From Camelus ferus (taxonomy: Eukaryota), in NCBI RefSeq assembly GCF_009834535.1, contig NC_045696.1, forward strand, positions 70,434,001-70,498,000: a DNA stretch of 64,000 bases, read 5' to 3'. Positions 13,741 through 24,690 of this stretch are shown one piece after another (the stretch's first letter is position 1; every line of letters starts with the position of its first letter). Below the pieces are notes generated by a model. That model was not told where the DNA came from and ran no database searches. It was given only the letters and a program-made list of their open reading frames with translations. Position numbers and translations under genes: made by a program.

Positions 13741-14149
13741 TATATAATTTCATACATAATACATAATTATAGTTTTAAAAAAGCTATTTTTTTGCCTCTA
13801 AGGACTAATTAGGAAGAAAGAAAAAAAAATCTAGTTGGTAATATCCAGGCATATAATCCCAAGTTGTTTATGAAAAGGATATAACTGAAAGAGGAAAGAA
13901 ATTGAAGTGCCCCAAGATTTAATGCCTTAAGTATCTGCATAAATAAAGGTTCCCCCATCTGCATTTGTATTCAGCTTGGAAAGATAGTAGAAATCACAGA
14001 ACCTATCTTTCCTTTCCTAAATGCAAACAAGGAAGCATTATGATTAGTTAGTAACATTTTCCATCTGGAAACCACACTGAACATCTGTACCTGTATGTCC
14101 TGCAGACATCTCTAACTCCAGCAATGAATTCTCTACCCTATTCCCAAAT

Positions 14150-15015
14150 ATGTTGTCTGTTTATTACTTTAAATCTCAGTAAATGGTACTACCATCCATT
14201 TGGCTGCTCAAGCAAGAAATCTGAGTGCTATCTTTGACTCCTCCCTCTGTCTTACCTCCTCCATTCAACCAATTTATCACCAAGTTCTGATAATTGTCTT
14301 TCAAGCATAGCATCTCTGCTGTAAGCAGAAAAGAGTACAGAACTAGAAGGTGAGCATAACTGAATCTAGAAGGTGAGAGTGGTATGAGATGAAGCTAGTG
14401 AGGTAAGCAGGGACCACATTAATTATTCTGATATTTGCAAACGTCTCAAACACATCTCAAATATACATTCCTTACTCCATCCTAACTTTCACCATTCTAG
14501 TATAAGTTACCACTTCTTTCCTCAAAATTATTTTAATATTCTTGGTCTCCCTACATTCATTCTTGCTTCCCTTTCAATTCATTTTCTGCACTGCAGTTCT
14601 TTTAAAAATATTATTCTAAAAAAAAATACTACTTGATCAAATCATATCATTCCTTCTTTAAAACCTTTAATACCTTCTCTATTTCTTTAGCACAAACAAT
14701 GAAAATAATACGGTCCCTGTTTACCTACTAATCTCATCTAATACCATTCTCTTTCACCCTCTAGATCCAATCATACTCAATGTCTAGTTCCATGCTTTTT
14801 CCTGCTTCACAGTAGGGATGCTTTATGTTTATTTTACATATTAATCCCTTTGCTTGGAATACTCCTCCTCCTGCCCACCCTTGCACTTAAACTTTATCTT
14901 CTTTTTTTCCTTCAGGGGCAGCTAAAATGGCACTTCAAGGAAGTCTTCCATGATCTCCTATGTCTAGATTTAGGTCTATTCATTATCTGCTCTTATAGTA
15001 TAGTTCATCTGTAAG
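14150..15015 (+). mobile_element. L2 fragments
   Basis: ATCTCAGTAAATGGTACTACCATCCATTTGGCTGCTCAAGC and downstream L2-like pyrimidine-rich sequence. Confidence 0.6.
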
Positions 15016-15019
15016 TACC

Positions 15020-15825
15020 TGTGGTATAATAAAAAAATATTATTTGGTCTTTGTCCCTGGTTCCCATTACACAGTTCCTAAAACTCTTGGACTCCTGAGT
15101 GATGAGTGCCTTTTGTATGCTAATGAGATGACTGGTTTCTGGGGACCCCTAGATCGCTTCAGGATGGCAGCTGGTCACCAGGAGTATCAAGCCATGATTA
15201 GAGGGTTGGAACTTTCAATTCTCCCCTCCCCATCTTCCCCCCATCCCCACATCTGAGGAGGGGAGAGGGGCTGGATATTGAGCCCAATCACTAACTGCCA
15301 GTGTTTAATCAATTATGGCTATGCAATGAAACCTCCAATAAAACTCCCTAACTGTCGAGGTTCAAAAAGCTTCCAGGCTGGTGAGTACGCTGATGTACTG
15401 TGAAGGTTGTGTGCCAGGAGAGGGCACAGAAGCTCTGGGCATCCTTCTTCCCCCATGCCTTGTCCTATGCATTTCTTTCATTTCACTATTCCTGAGTTGT
15501 ATATAATAAATGGGTAAATGTATTTTCTTAAGCTCTATGAGTTGTTCTAGTGAATTACTGAAACTGGAGTAATGGGTCATGGGGACTCCTAAATTTGCCA
15601 AGTCAGATAGTAGTGTGTGTAATCTGCACATCCCATTTGTAACTTGTGTCTGAAGTGAGGACAGTCTTATGGGAATGAGCCCTTAAACCTGTGGAGTCTG
15701 ACGCTGAGTCCTGACAGTGAGTGTCAGAATTGAGTAATTGGACACTCAGTTGATGTCCAGAGAATTGACAGAACTGGTGTCAGAATTGGTGTTGGAAAAG
15801 ACATCATGTATCTGACATCAGAAAG
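15020..15825 (+). mobile_element. MER21-family solo LTR
   Basis: Starts TGTGGTATAAT...TTTGGTCTTTGTCCCTGGTTCC and contains TTGTATGCTAATGAGATGACT and GAGCCCTTAAACCTGTGGAGTCTG, recalled MER21 hallmarks. Confidence 0.78.
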
Positions 15826-16217
15826 AACTTGAGAATGCTTATTGAAAATCTATTCATAATTTCATTGGTCATAAATTCCGTAAGACAAATGTCTTCTCTA
15901 CTACTGTCTCCCCAGCACACTGCCTGGCATGCTGCTCCGTATCTACTGAGTGAATATATAAATTAATGCCTACCACTGGAGTGTAGAAATTCTCAACTGT
16001 TACCTGGGAGAAGCTAGGTCAGGGTTTTTTCTCCAGGATCTGCTTCTGATTTAACACTGAAAGCTGATGAAACAGACAGAAAAAAAGCAGCAGGTCCAAC
16101 TTTTCACTATGCGATGTTAAGGTCAACTACAGAATAGGGTGGCATAGAGGGAGGAGCAGGAAACAGCAAACGTGGAACCACTTCTCACTTTGAAGAGGAA
16201 GTACATTTAGAACAGCA

Positions 16218-16608
16218 TGGGGTGGGGTGGGGGTGGGAAGAGCTCAGCGGTAGAGCACATGCTTAGCATGCACAAAGTCCTCGGTTCAATCCCCAGTACC
16301 TCCATTAAAAGAAGGAAGAAAGGAAAGAAAGAAAGAAAGAAAGAGAGGGAGGGAGGAAGGAAGGAAGGAAGGGAGGAAGGGGAGAGGAGGGGAAAGGAGA
16401 GAGGAGAGAGGGAGAGAGAGGAGGAGAAAGAAAGAAGAGAAAGAGAACGACTCCCCCCTCTTGAAATTCCTTAGGAAGGAGAAAGAAAAAAGACAAAGAA
16501 AAAGAAGAAAGAAAGAAAGAAGAAAGAAAGAAGAAAGAAAGAAAGAAAAGAAAACAAAAGAAAAAAAGAAAGGAAGGAAGGAAGGAAGGAAAGAAAGAAA
16601 AGAAAGAA
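16218..16608 (+). mobile_element. tRNA-derived SINE (vic-1-like) with an expanded purine-rich tail
   Basis: AGCTCAGCGGTAGAGC head, B box GGTTCAATCC at 16283-16292, TSD AGAACAGCA at 16209-16217 and 16609-16617. Confidence 0.88.
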
Positions 16609-16612
16609 AGAA
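16307..16612 (+). repeat. Compound (GAAA)/(GGAA)/(GA) low-complexity purine tract
   Basis: 16307-16447 is 141 nt of pure purine. 16473-16612 is purine except for two C. Confidence 0.95.
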
Positions 16613-17256
16613 CAGCACAACGACCAGGTCACAGCTCTAGTAGCTGCTCCTCCTCCACACTGAGCCCCTTGTGTTGCCAAGTTATGTTCTCCTAAAAGTT
16701 ACTAAGCAGCAGAGTTCAAGCTCTGCTCTATTGCCTGCTGAAGAAGGAAAAAGGAAAGTCTGTAAAATAAACAAAATTGTATATAGTCCAAAGGCAATGA
16801 AAATTTCTCAAATGAACACTATTGCGTCAAATTCTTTGAAGAAAGTTACCCAGCTGGGAAAACCATGCACAGAGCACATGTGTATGTACCTTGTCTATCA
16901 GCTGTGTTTAAAAGTGATAGCTCTGCACTCTTCAGCACATACGGGCGTTCATTAGTACCAGAGCATCTGTACTTGCTGACCTCTTACTTAGGAAGACTCA
17001 TGGGCTTACATACTCTCTGTTCAATCAGAACTTAAGGTTTTTTAAGGGCAGAAAATGTTTTCGGTTTCTCTTAAATCCATTTTTTATTGCTGGACAGAGA
17101 GGAGATAACTCCAAATACTAAACAAAACTCAGTGGAAGATGTCATACACTGGAGACCCACCAAGTAAAGCCTATAGGACCTGAAGAAAATGAGGCCAGGC
17201 CTAAAGATGCTGTTAAGAAAAGACCATCTCCATCTTGCCACAAAAACAAGTCTTAC

Positions 17257-17422
17257 CTGTGATGGCGTTATCCTTCCCTTTTTAATTTCAGATGAATTTT
17301 CACTTAACTTTCCTACTTTGTTACTTGAGCTGCATTTGTAGCATGTCCATCTCGTTTGTCCCTCAATTTCTACGGTGCACTCTTTGTTTTGCAGACAGAA
17401 TGAGTGATACAAATGACCACAG
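17257..17422 (-). CDS. VPS8: VPS8 coding exon, 166 nt (CGHLYHSFCLQNKECTVEIEGQTRWTCYKCSSSNKVGKLSENSSEIKKGRITPSQ), phase 2-0; rest of RING-H2
   Basis: Acceptor cttcattttgcag|C and donor CAG|gtaaga. With the previous exon it gives C-x2-C-x18-C-x-H-x2-H-x2-C-x17-C-x2-C. Contained in track ORF 17071..17439. Confidence 0.97.
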
Positions 17423-17939
17423 CTGCAAAATGAAGGCAATCAAATTACACTTTTCATTGTCATAAAGTCATAAACATAAGTTATGTTAGAGTATATTTAT
17501 GAGTGATAAATATTTCTAATAAGCTGGAATGCACTGATGGCTGTATAGGTTAAGAAACAAAAAAGGAGATTTACTTGGTGCTGTCCTCTCTTTTTTAAAA
17601 TTCAGACTCACATATTTGTACACTTAAGTTGTAAGTATGAATAGCATCACAGTTCTTTGACTCCAAGCCACCAGGGGATGAGCTGAACTTCTGTTCATTT
17701 CTCAAATTATGAAGCATTTTTAGACAGTTTGGAAAAAAGTCAATTGGGGAAAATTATAATTGTATAAGTAGCTTGATAATAACATGAGTAGTCTGCCTCA
17801 TCAAATTCAAGAGTCATGACTGAGTAACAAGCATTTACAAAAAGGCCAGTGCTACAGTAAATTCTAACATTATTCCTATGAAGAAACTCCCTATGGATTA
17901 CACTATGTTACCAAACAAGCATCCCAGAAGTGAATGCTG

Positions 17940-19490
17940 AGTGTCTCAGTCACCTTTACCGATTCCTCCTCATTTTTTCAACCTGAAATGTTGGACCACC
18001 TCAGAAGTCAATCCTTTTTTCTTCTATAGTCTTTATAATCTATCTTTTCCCCTACCCTTTCTTTCCCTCTGTCTCTCTCTCTCTCTATATATACGTACAC
18101 ACACACATATATATATACATACACATACATACATCCTTTCTCTTCCATAATCTCCTTTCTAAGGAGCCATCATCCTTGCTAATTTAGTGATTACTTCCAG
18201 TTCCATAGCTTTAAAATACTGCCTACATGCAGATGACTGCCAAATTTATACCTTCAGCCCACACTTCTCTCCTAAACCCCATCTGTCTCCTCAAGAGCTC
18301 TACTATGGATGTCTAATAGGCATCTTAAATTTCACACACCCTAAACCAAATTCTTGATTTCCACCCTACTCCACCCCACTGCACATTCTCATCCAACTTT
18401 CCACATCTAAATAAATGGCAACTATATTCTTCCAGTTTCTCAGGCCAAAAACGATTCTCTTTCTTTCACATCTCACATCCAATCTATAAACATATCTTAT
18501 CAGCTCATCCTTCCCAATATATCCAGAATTCCACCACTTCCTACCTCATTACAATCACCCCAGGCCACCTCTCACTTGGATTACTGCCATAGCCTAACTG
18601 GTCATTCTACTCTCACCCTTGACCTTCACCACAGCAGTCAAAGTGATCCTTAAGACAGGTCAGGTCATGTCAACCCTAGCCTCAAAACCATCTGATGGCT
18701 TTTCATCTCAGATTAAGAGTTTAACTCTTTATAATGACCCAGTTCCTACATGATTTGGCTGCTCCTCTTCCTCTCATAAGAGAAGTCATCTCTTATCATT
18801 CTCCCTTCACTCTGCCCAGGCAACACTAGGCCACTCACTCGCTACCTGTCAAGTACGCCAAGCACCTGCCTCGTGGTTTCTGCACTTGTTGATCCTCTGT
18901 CTGGGGCACTCTCTCCTTGACACTGCATGGCCACTTCCTTCAGGTCTCTGCTCAAATGCCACTTAAATTTCCCTAACAGCTCTTTATAAATTAGTAGCTC
19001 CCAACATTCTCTTTCCTGTACACCATGTTTTATTTTATTCATGGTAATTATTACATTTTTATTAATTTTTAGCTTCTCAGCTCAGTCACCTTAACAGTGA
19101 AGCTTTTGCTGACCACTCTACATAAAATATTTTTCCCCACAAACACTTTATATCTCACTTAACATATTTTATCTTTTTTCCATACAGGTAGAGTTGGATT
19201 TTCCTACTTGGATTTTAATTGGCACCTCAAAATTAACAGCTCTAAGACAAAATTCTTAATTTCCCAAGCTCCTCACGCCAGTTCCCCCTCGTCTTAAGAG
19301 GATGGTACCACATTCATCCAGTTTCCATGGCAGTCACTATCTGGCATTTTACTTGTTTTTCTGCCTGCTTCTTTCACTACAGTGTAAATGCCACGAGAGC
19401 AGACTCTTTGTTTTGTTCATATGGTACACTATCCCCTTGAACAGTAACTGGCATATAGCAGGTGCTCAATAAATATTTGTTGAATGGGCT
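17940..19490 (+). mobile_element. L2 element (fragmented) with internal (CT)/(TA)/(CA) low complexity at ~18070-18135
   Basis: GGATGTCTAATAGGCATCTTAAA and TTCTCAGGCCAAAAAC motifs. Ends in the L2 tail GTGCTCAATAAATATTTGTTGAATG. Confidence 0.82.
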
Positions 19491-19559
19491 CTCTGTGTGA
19501 TGAGAACTACTTTCCCTTCCAACCACCAAATCTACCCATCTTCCTGTATCTATAATAAC

Positions 19560-19795
19560 AGAAGCTAACACTTACACAGTGCTTACTATATGTCAGCATG
19601 GTTACAAGTGTCTTATGTAAATTATCTCGTTTAATCTTCACAAAACCCTATGGAGTAGATACAACTGTTATCCCAATTTAAAGATGAAGAAACTAAGATG
19701 TAAAGAGATTAAATAATTTGTCAAAGTCTCACAGCTAGTAAGTGGCAGAGTCAGGATTTGAACTCAAGGAGTCTGGCTCCAAAGTCCATCTTACA
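19560..19795 (-). mobile_element. MIR SINE, near full length
   Basis: Reverse MIR core: GATGAAGAAACTAAG...CACAGCTAGTAAGTGGCAGAGTCAGGATTTGAACTC. Confidence 0.88.
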
Positions 19796-19879
19796 TTGCC
19801 TGTAATCATATATTCTGGATGAGCTGCCTGCTCCTGAGATCAGAGCTTCCACTTTTGCACTAGACTTCTGTCTTTGCAC

Positions 19880-20440
19880 TGTGGCTTTAAATATCATTTA
19901 TATGCTGACAGTTTCTAAATTTATATTTCCAGGATATGTCTCCAGGTTTCTGACTAGAATAACTGTCTACCTGACATTCCTAGTTGGATGTTTAATCAGC
20001 ATCTCAAACCTAACACATCTAAGACAAAATTCTTACATTTTCCCAGCTCCTCATGCCTGTTCCTGCTCATCTCAGCGGATGGTACCACATTCATCCAGTT
20101 GCTCAGGCCGAAGATGTTTTTCCATCAGTTCATATTTAATACATCAGCAAGTTAGCTCTTCCCTTAAAATACATTCTGCACCTTCACTCCTACCTCTCAT
20201 TTTGCTCAAATGTCACTTCCTTGGAGATGTTTTTCCTCATTATGGTATCTTAAAATAGCACTCTCACTCAGAACACTTCTTCTTTCTATCCCTTACCCTG
20301 TGTTTTATTTCTCTTCATAGCTCTTATTACTCTGTTTATGTATCATCTGACCTCCCTAACACCCCTTCCTCCTGACTCCCATGCAGAATGTAAGGTCTAC
20401 GAGGGCAGGAACTTTGCCTTGTTTTGTTCACTGCCAGAAT
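19880..20440 (+). mobile_element. L2 fragments
   Basis: L2 motifs TTGGATGTTTAATCAGCATCTCAAAC and AGAATGTAAGGTCTACGAGGGCAGG. Confidence 0.72.
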
Positions 20441-20535
20441 GACCACCTGGGGCTGTGTGTCCACGTATATTCCTGCCTGGCAATACCACACATGCACACA
20501 CACCACAGCATGTAACATTTCCTTCTCTCTCTTAC

Positions 20536-20705
20536 CTAAAGACAATAATTTCATCAGCCATTTCTTGGCGTCTCTTGTACTGCTGCAAACAAATAGAGCA
20601 GTAATCCTGCTTGGGATTTAGTCCTCTGGTGACGGAAGCTCTCAGGTTACACAACGACCAATGGAGATCTTGGTTTAGAAGGCTAGTAGTTGTTTCCAGC
20701 AGGGT
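20536..20705 (-). CDS. VPS8: VPS8 coding exon, 170 nt (TLLETTTSLLNQDLHWSLCNLRASVTRGLNPKQDYCSICLQQYKRRQEMADEIIVF+ag), phase 0-2; first CxxC of RING-H2
   Basis: Acceptor ttttggtctttcatag|ACC and donor TAG|gtaaga. Confidence 0.97.
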
Positions 20706-21689
20706 CTATGAAAGACCAAAACAACAACAACAACAAAATGGTTTATAAAGAGAAAGAGACAGAGGGAATGAATGAGGATTATAGCACTTGGCTCATTTTC
20801 AACCACAAACAATTGATTTGGAATACATTATAATGACATAAAATTGATCAAACATCAAAACACCTCAGACTTCAGTGGTTAACTTTAATGTGCAGAGTAA
20901 TGATAAGTTATACATTAAGATTCTTAAAATAATTATTGAAAAGCTGTCACTAGTTTCTACTCAGAAATGTAGATGTCATTCTGTGGGGCTTAATTCAGTA
21001 CTGATGGCTTTCAAATGACTAGATAAACCCAAATCTATTTACTACTTTTATATAATAAGTTCTCTCTGTATGGCTCAAAGTTGTGCTATAACAAATTGAA
21101 AAAAACCCTGATTTTTCAAATAGAAACTGCATCCATAGCAATATTTCACATTAACCTTTCACTGGAAAAGCTAATGGCCATTACTCAGTTTCATCTCCCT
21201 TGGGCAGAGAGATCACATTTTCCTCATCAGCACTTACAAGTCATTTGAATCTACTCAAGAGTGTGACATTTGTCATTAAGTCAACATAAAGACATTTCAC
21301 AGCTATCACATTAAGTCATTTTAAGGCTCCCTGTGCTTATAAAGTATTATGTCCTTACTACATCTCATTCTCAACATTCATATATACCATTTCAATGTGC
21401 ACTTGAATTCCTTTTTTGTCAGTCCCAAAGGGGAAGATATACTGTTCACCCTCCTTGCTACACAGTCTGATCCTTTAACTTTATCTGTAATGCAGAAATT
21501 TTAGTTCTAATGGTCTGTTTTAACTCTTTCCAATCAACCTCATCTTTTCCTCTTCCAAAGTTTGCAAAAATGTTTTGCCTTGCACTCAGCTTTCCTTCTG
21601 CTGTCACAGAGTCCGTGCCTGCAGGGGTATCAGCTTCCCTGGGCTATGCTTAGCAAAACTGCAATTCTTACTACATCCTAACAAAAGCT

Positions 21690-21863
21690 CTGTGCAAAAG
21701 CTTATAATCTTAATTGGGTCCCATTTGTTAATTTTTGCTGTTATTTCTATTGCCTGGGTAGACTGCCCTCGGAGAACATTGCGGTATATGCATGGCTGGG
21801 ACATTGTGCTGTTTACCAGAATATGACAAATTATAATTGACTGTACTTCAATTAAAATAAAAA
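21690..21863 (+). mobile_element. Short 5'-inverted (twin-primed) lineage L1
   Basis: Antisense ORF2 piece 21690-21782 (AIEITAKINKWDPIKIISFCT) is joined to a sense 3' tail with polyA. Flanked by AAAAGCT at 21683-21689 and 21864-21870. Confidence 0.75.
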
Positions 21864-22556
21864 AAAAGCTGTCACCCAAATTTTTCTTTTTCTCCTATTA
21901 AAAAAACAGACATTGTATCTAACATGCCTAAATGGCACTTTTCCTAGGTTGCTTCAAGAGTCACATTGAAGTATAAGAAGAAAAAAAAAAAAAAAAAACT
22001 ACACCAATCTGGCTCTTACTGAGAATTAAAGCTACAGGCAGGCAGTTTGGGGTTGAGGGAAGACTAATGACCATTTCTGGTTAGTGGCAATTATCTGTTT
22101 TAGAATTTTTTTCCCCCTACAAATCCCCAAATCCCAATTTATCCCTCCCATTTCAGCAATGTTAAAAAGAACACTCATTTAATTTTATTTTGTAATTTTC
22201 TATACTCATGCTGATTCTTCCTTTTCATGGGTTATATCTCTGCATTCCATTATTTTCCCAGAAAGTTTCTTACATTTTTCATTTGGGAAAAAAGGTATTT
22301 GTCCCACTGCCAATGAAACAAAAGAATGAAATGAATCCAAACTTGATGCATTTCCACATCCTAGAATATATGGTTATGTGCGTATAAAACATACATTAAT
22401 TAGCAGCAAGAAAAATTTAAAATTAAAAAACCACACATTTCAATCTAGTAAACTTCCACAAAACAGACGGTAATTTTTAAAGAAAAAGTATAAATGCAAA
22501 GAAAAAAGAAATCGCTTCTTTCTACCTCATGAGCTTGGAAGTAGAAAGTACTTTAC

Positions 22557-22637
22557 CTGTTCATAGTTAAAGGTATCCAGCATTCCCAGAATAAGTCCCT
22601 GGATTTCTCCAAGTTTTCCTTTTCCATAAACTGGGTC
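22557..22637 (-). CDS. VPS8: VPS8 coding exon, 81 nt (DPVYGKGKLGEIQGLILGMLDTFNYEQ), phase 0-0
   Basis: Acceptor ttttttccaattag|GAC and donor CAG|gtaaag. Confidence 0.96.
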
Positions 22638-23618
22638 CTAATTGGAAAAAAGTTGCAAAAAATTATATTCTTGGTATTTTAAAATTACTTTAAAATATAA
22701 GTTATCTGAAAAAGCCAGATACTCTTAAATATTTGCCTCTAGTCACAAAATATTTATTCTTCCATGAACATTCCACTGGAAATGCACATCAGTCTCCTCT
22801 GGCCGTCAAAAATATTTTGGAAAACTAAATAAAATTTAAATGATCCAAGTCCCTTGCTTGACAACCTTCTTTGCAAGTCTAATTAAATTTTACTCTGGTT
22901 TTGTTTCTACAGCAAGCTTCCTTTCCTTCTTCACATTAACCATCACCCATCCCCCTCCGAGCTCTTATTTATCCACTGCATCAAAGCCAATGTACTCATG
23001 AATACCCAGAACTTGTCAACTCCTCCTGCGACTCCTATTTGGCTACCTCCTGGTCCAGACCAACTAAGTCATGTCAGTTCAGGGGATCAGTATCTTGATC
23101 AAGAAGCAAGTTTCAATTTTCCAAAGCTTTTCTCAATAAGCTTTTCATATGAGATATGCTAAGTAACTTATCATAAACAATTGGAAAACTATTGATGTAT
23201 ACAAAAACAAAACAAAACAAGTCCAACCACCCAAAGATAAACACTTTTGATATTTTGAGGTGTATTCTTCCAGTCTTCTTTCTGGGAAAGGAAGGAGAGG
23301 GATGTATTTCTTAGTGTACAAAATCTGACTATTTCACATGAAACTTTTATAACTTTTTAAACTTAATAGTATATTGTGGGCAGTTTCCCACATACTTCAT
23401 AATTACATAGATGAATCATGTGAAAATACCATGTGTTATCCAACTGTTCTCTGTTGTTAGGGATTTAAGTTTATCTCCTCACACCCCACCCTTAAATCCC
23501 ACCATTATAACACAAGTGGCTGTAAATTTTGGTCTGAATCTGATTCTTTCTTGAGAGGAGATTTCAAGAAAGGAAATGAATTATAGACTCAAAGAGTATT
23601 TTTATGGGTACTGATGTA

Positions 23619-24304
23619 TGTTCACCCTTGAACAACACAGGTTAGGACTGAGTGGGTCCACTTATATGCAGATATTTTTCCCCAAAAAATATATTCAAAA
23701 AATTTTTTGAGATTTACAACAACATGAAAAAACTCCCAGATGAACCACATAGCCAAGAAATTGGGGAAAAATTAAGAAAAAGTTAAGTATGTCATGAATA
23801 TATAAAATGCATGTTGATACTAGTCTACCCTTCCATAAGCATAAGGTGACTAATATTTAATACAAAATTAATAATCTGTTAGTTTTCTTACTGTTTTATA
23901 ACTTCACTTTTAAAGAATTACATTACCGTATAGTGTGCCCCTTTCCCTCCCCGCTGTTTGGAACATAAGATAATACTGATGTAGGTACTGACAGACAGAC
24001 AATTCATCTTGTAAATAGATGATGTAAGGTGTTGATAAATACAGTACAGTAAGTGTGCTTTCTCTTCTTTATGATTTTCACTAACATTTTCTTTTCTCTA
24101 GCTTACTTTATTTTAAGAATACAGGATATACTACATATAACATATAAAAAATGTGTTAGTCAACTGTGTTATTGGTAAGGCTTTCAGTCAACAGCAGGCT
24201 ACTAGTAGTTAAGTTTTGGGGGAGTCAAAAGTTATACATGGATTTTCGACTGTGCGGGGGGCGGGGTCTGTGTTCCTAACCCCCGCATTGTTCAAGGTCA
24301 ACTG
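23619..24304. mobile_element. Tigger2-family non-autonomous element (MER8/MER28-like ends)
   Basis: Terminal inverted repeats ...ACCCTTGAACAAC / ...TTGTTCAAGGTCAACTG with TA on both sides. It interrupts an old antisense L1 fragment. Confidence 0.85.
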
Positions 24305-24449
24305 TATTGCCTAACCGCTTTACCAAAAAGTTGTGTTATGCAATTTTTATCTCCATTAGAACATTTGTGCATCCATTTTACTGCACCTTTGGCTAGGCTG
24401 GGAATTATAATAAAAATTTTGCTACCAAATGAATAGGAATCCAACTACA

Positions 24450-24690
24450 CGGTAATGATAAAAGTAGTTGCTATTTATTAAGTGAGCAGCATATGCCAAG
24501 CACAATGCTAAGCACTTTGTATTTACCATATCACTAAATTCCTTCCAGAACATTTATAAATGAAGAAATTCAGGCTTGAGAGGTAAAATAAAATTCTCTA
24601 AGAACACAACACCATTAAGAAGGCGAGCTGGGATGGGAATCTAGGTACTTCAGAAACTATGTTTTTAATTAACACGCTGTACTGGTCTCC
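24450..24690 (-). mobile_element. MIR fragment
   Basis: TATTTATTAAGTGAGCAGCATATGCCAAGCACAATGCTAAGCACTTT...AAATGAAGAAATTCAGGCTTGAGAGGT. Confidence 0.7.

Noticed and set aside
16217..16680. Overlapping K/E/R-rich and F/L/S-rich ORFs
   Set aside because: Translation artefacts of the purine microsatellite.
1..17050. Downstream VPS8 terminal exons
   Set aside because: I searched by eye for the expected VKMSPSY.../DPQQIQAFDQL... coding sequence and did not find it. It most likely lies beyond the left edge, so gene truncation is not claimed.
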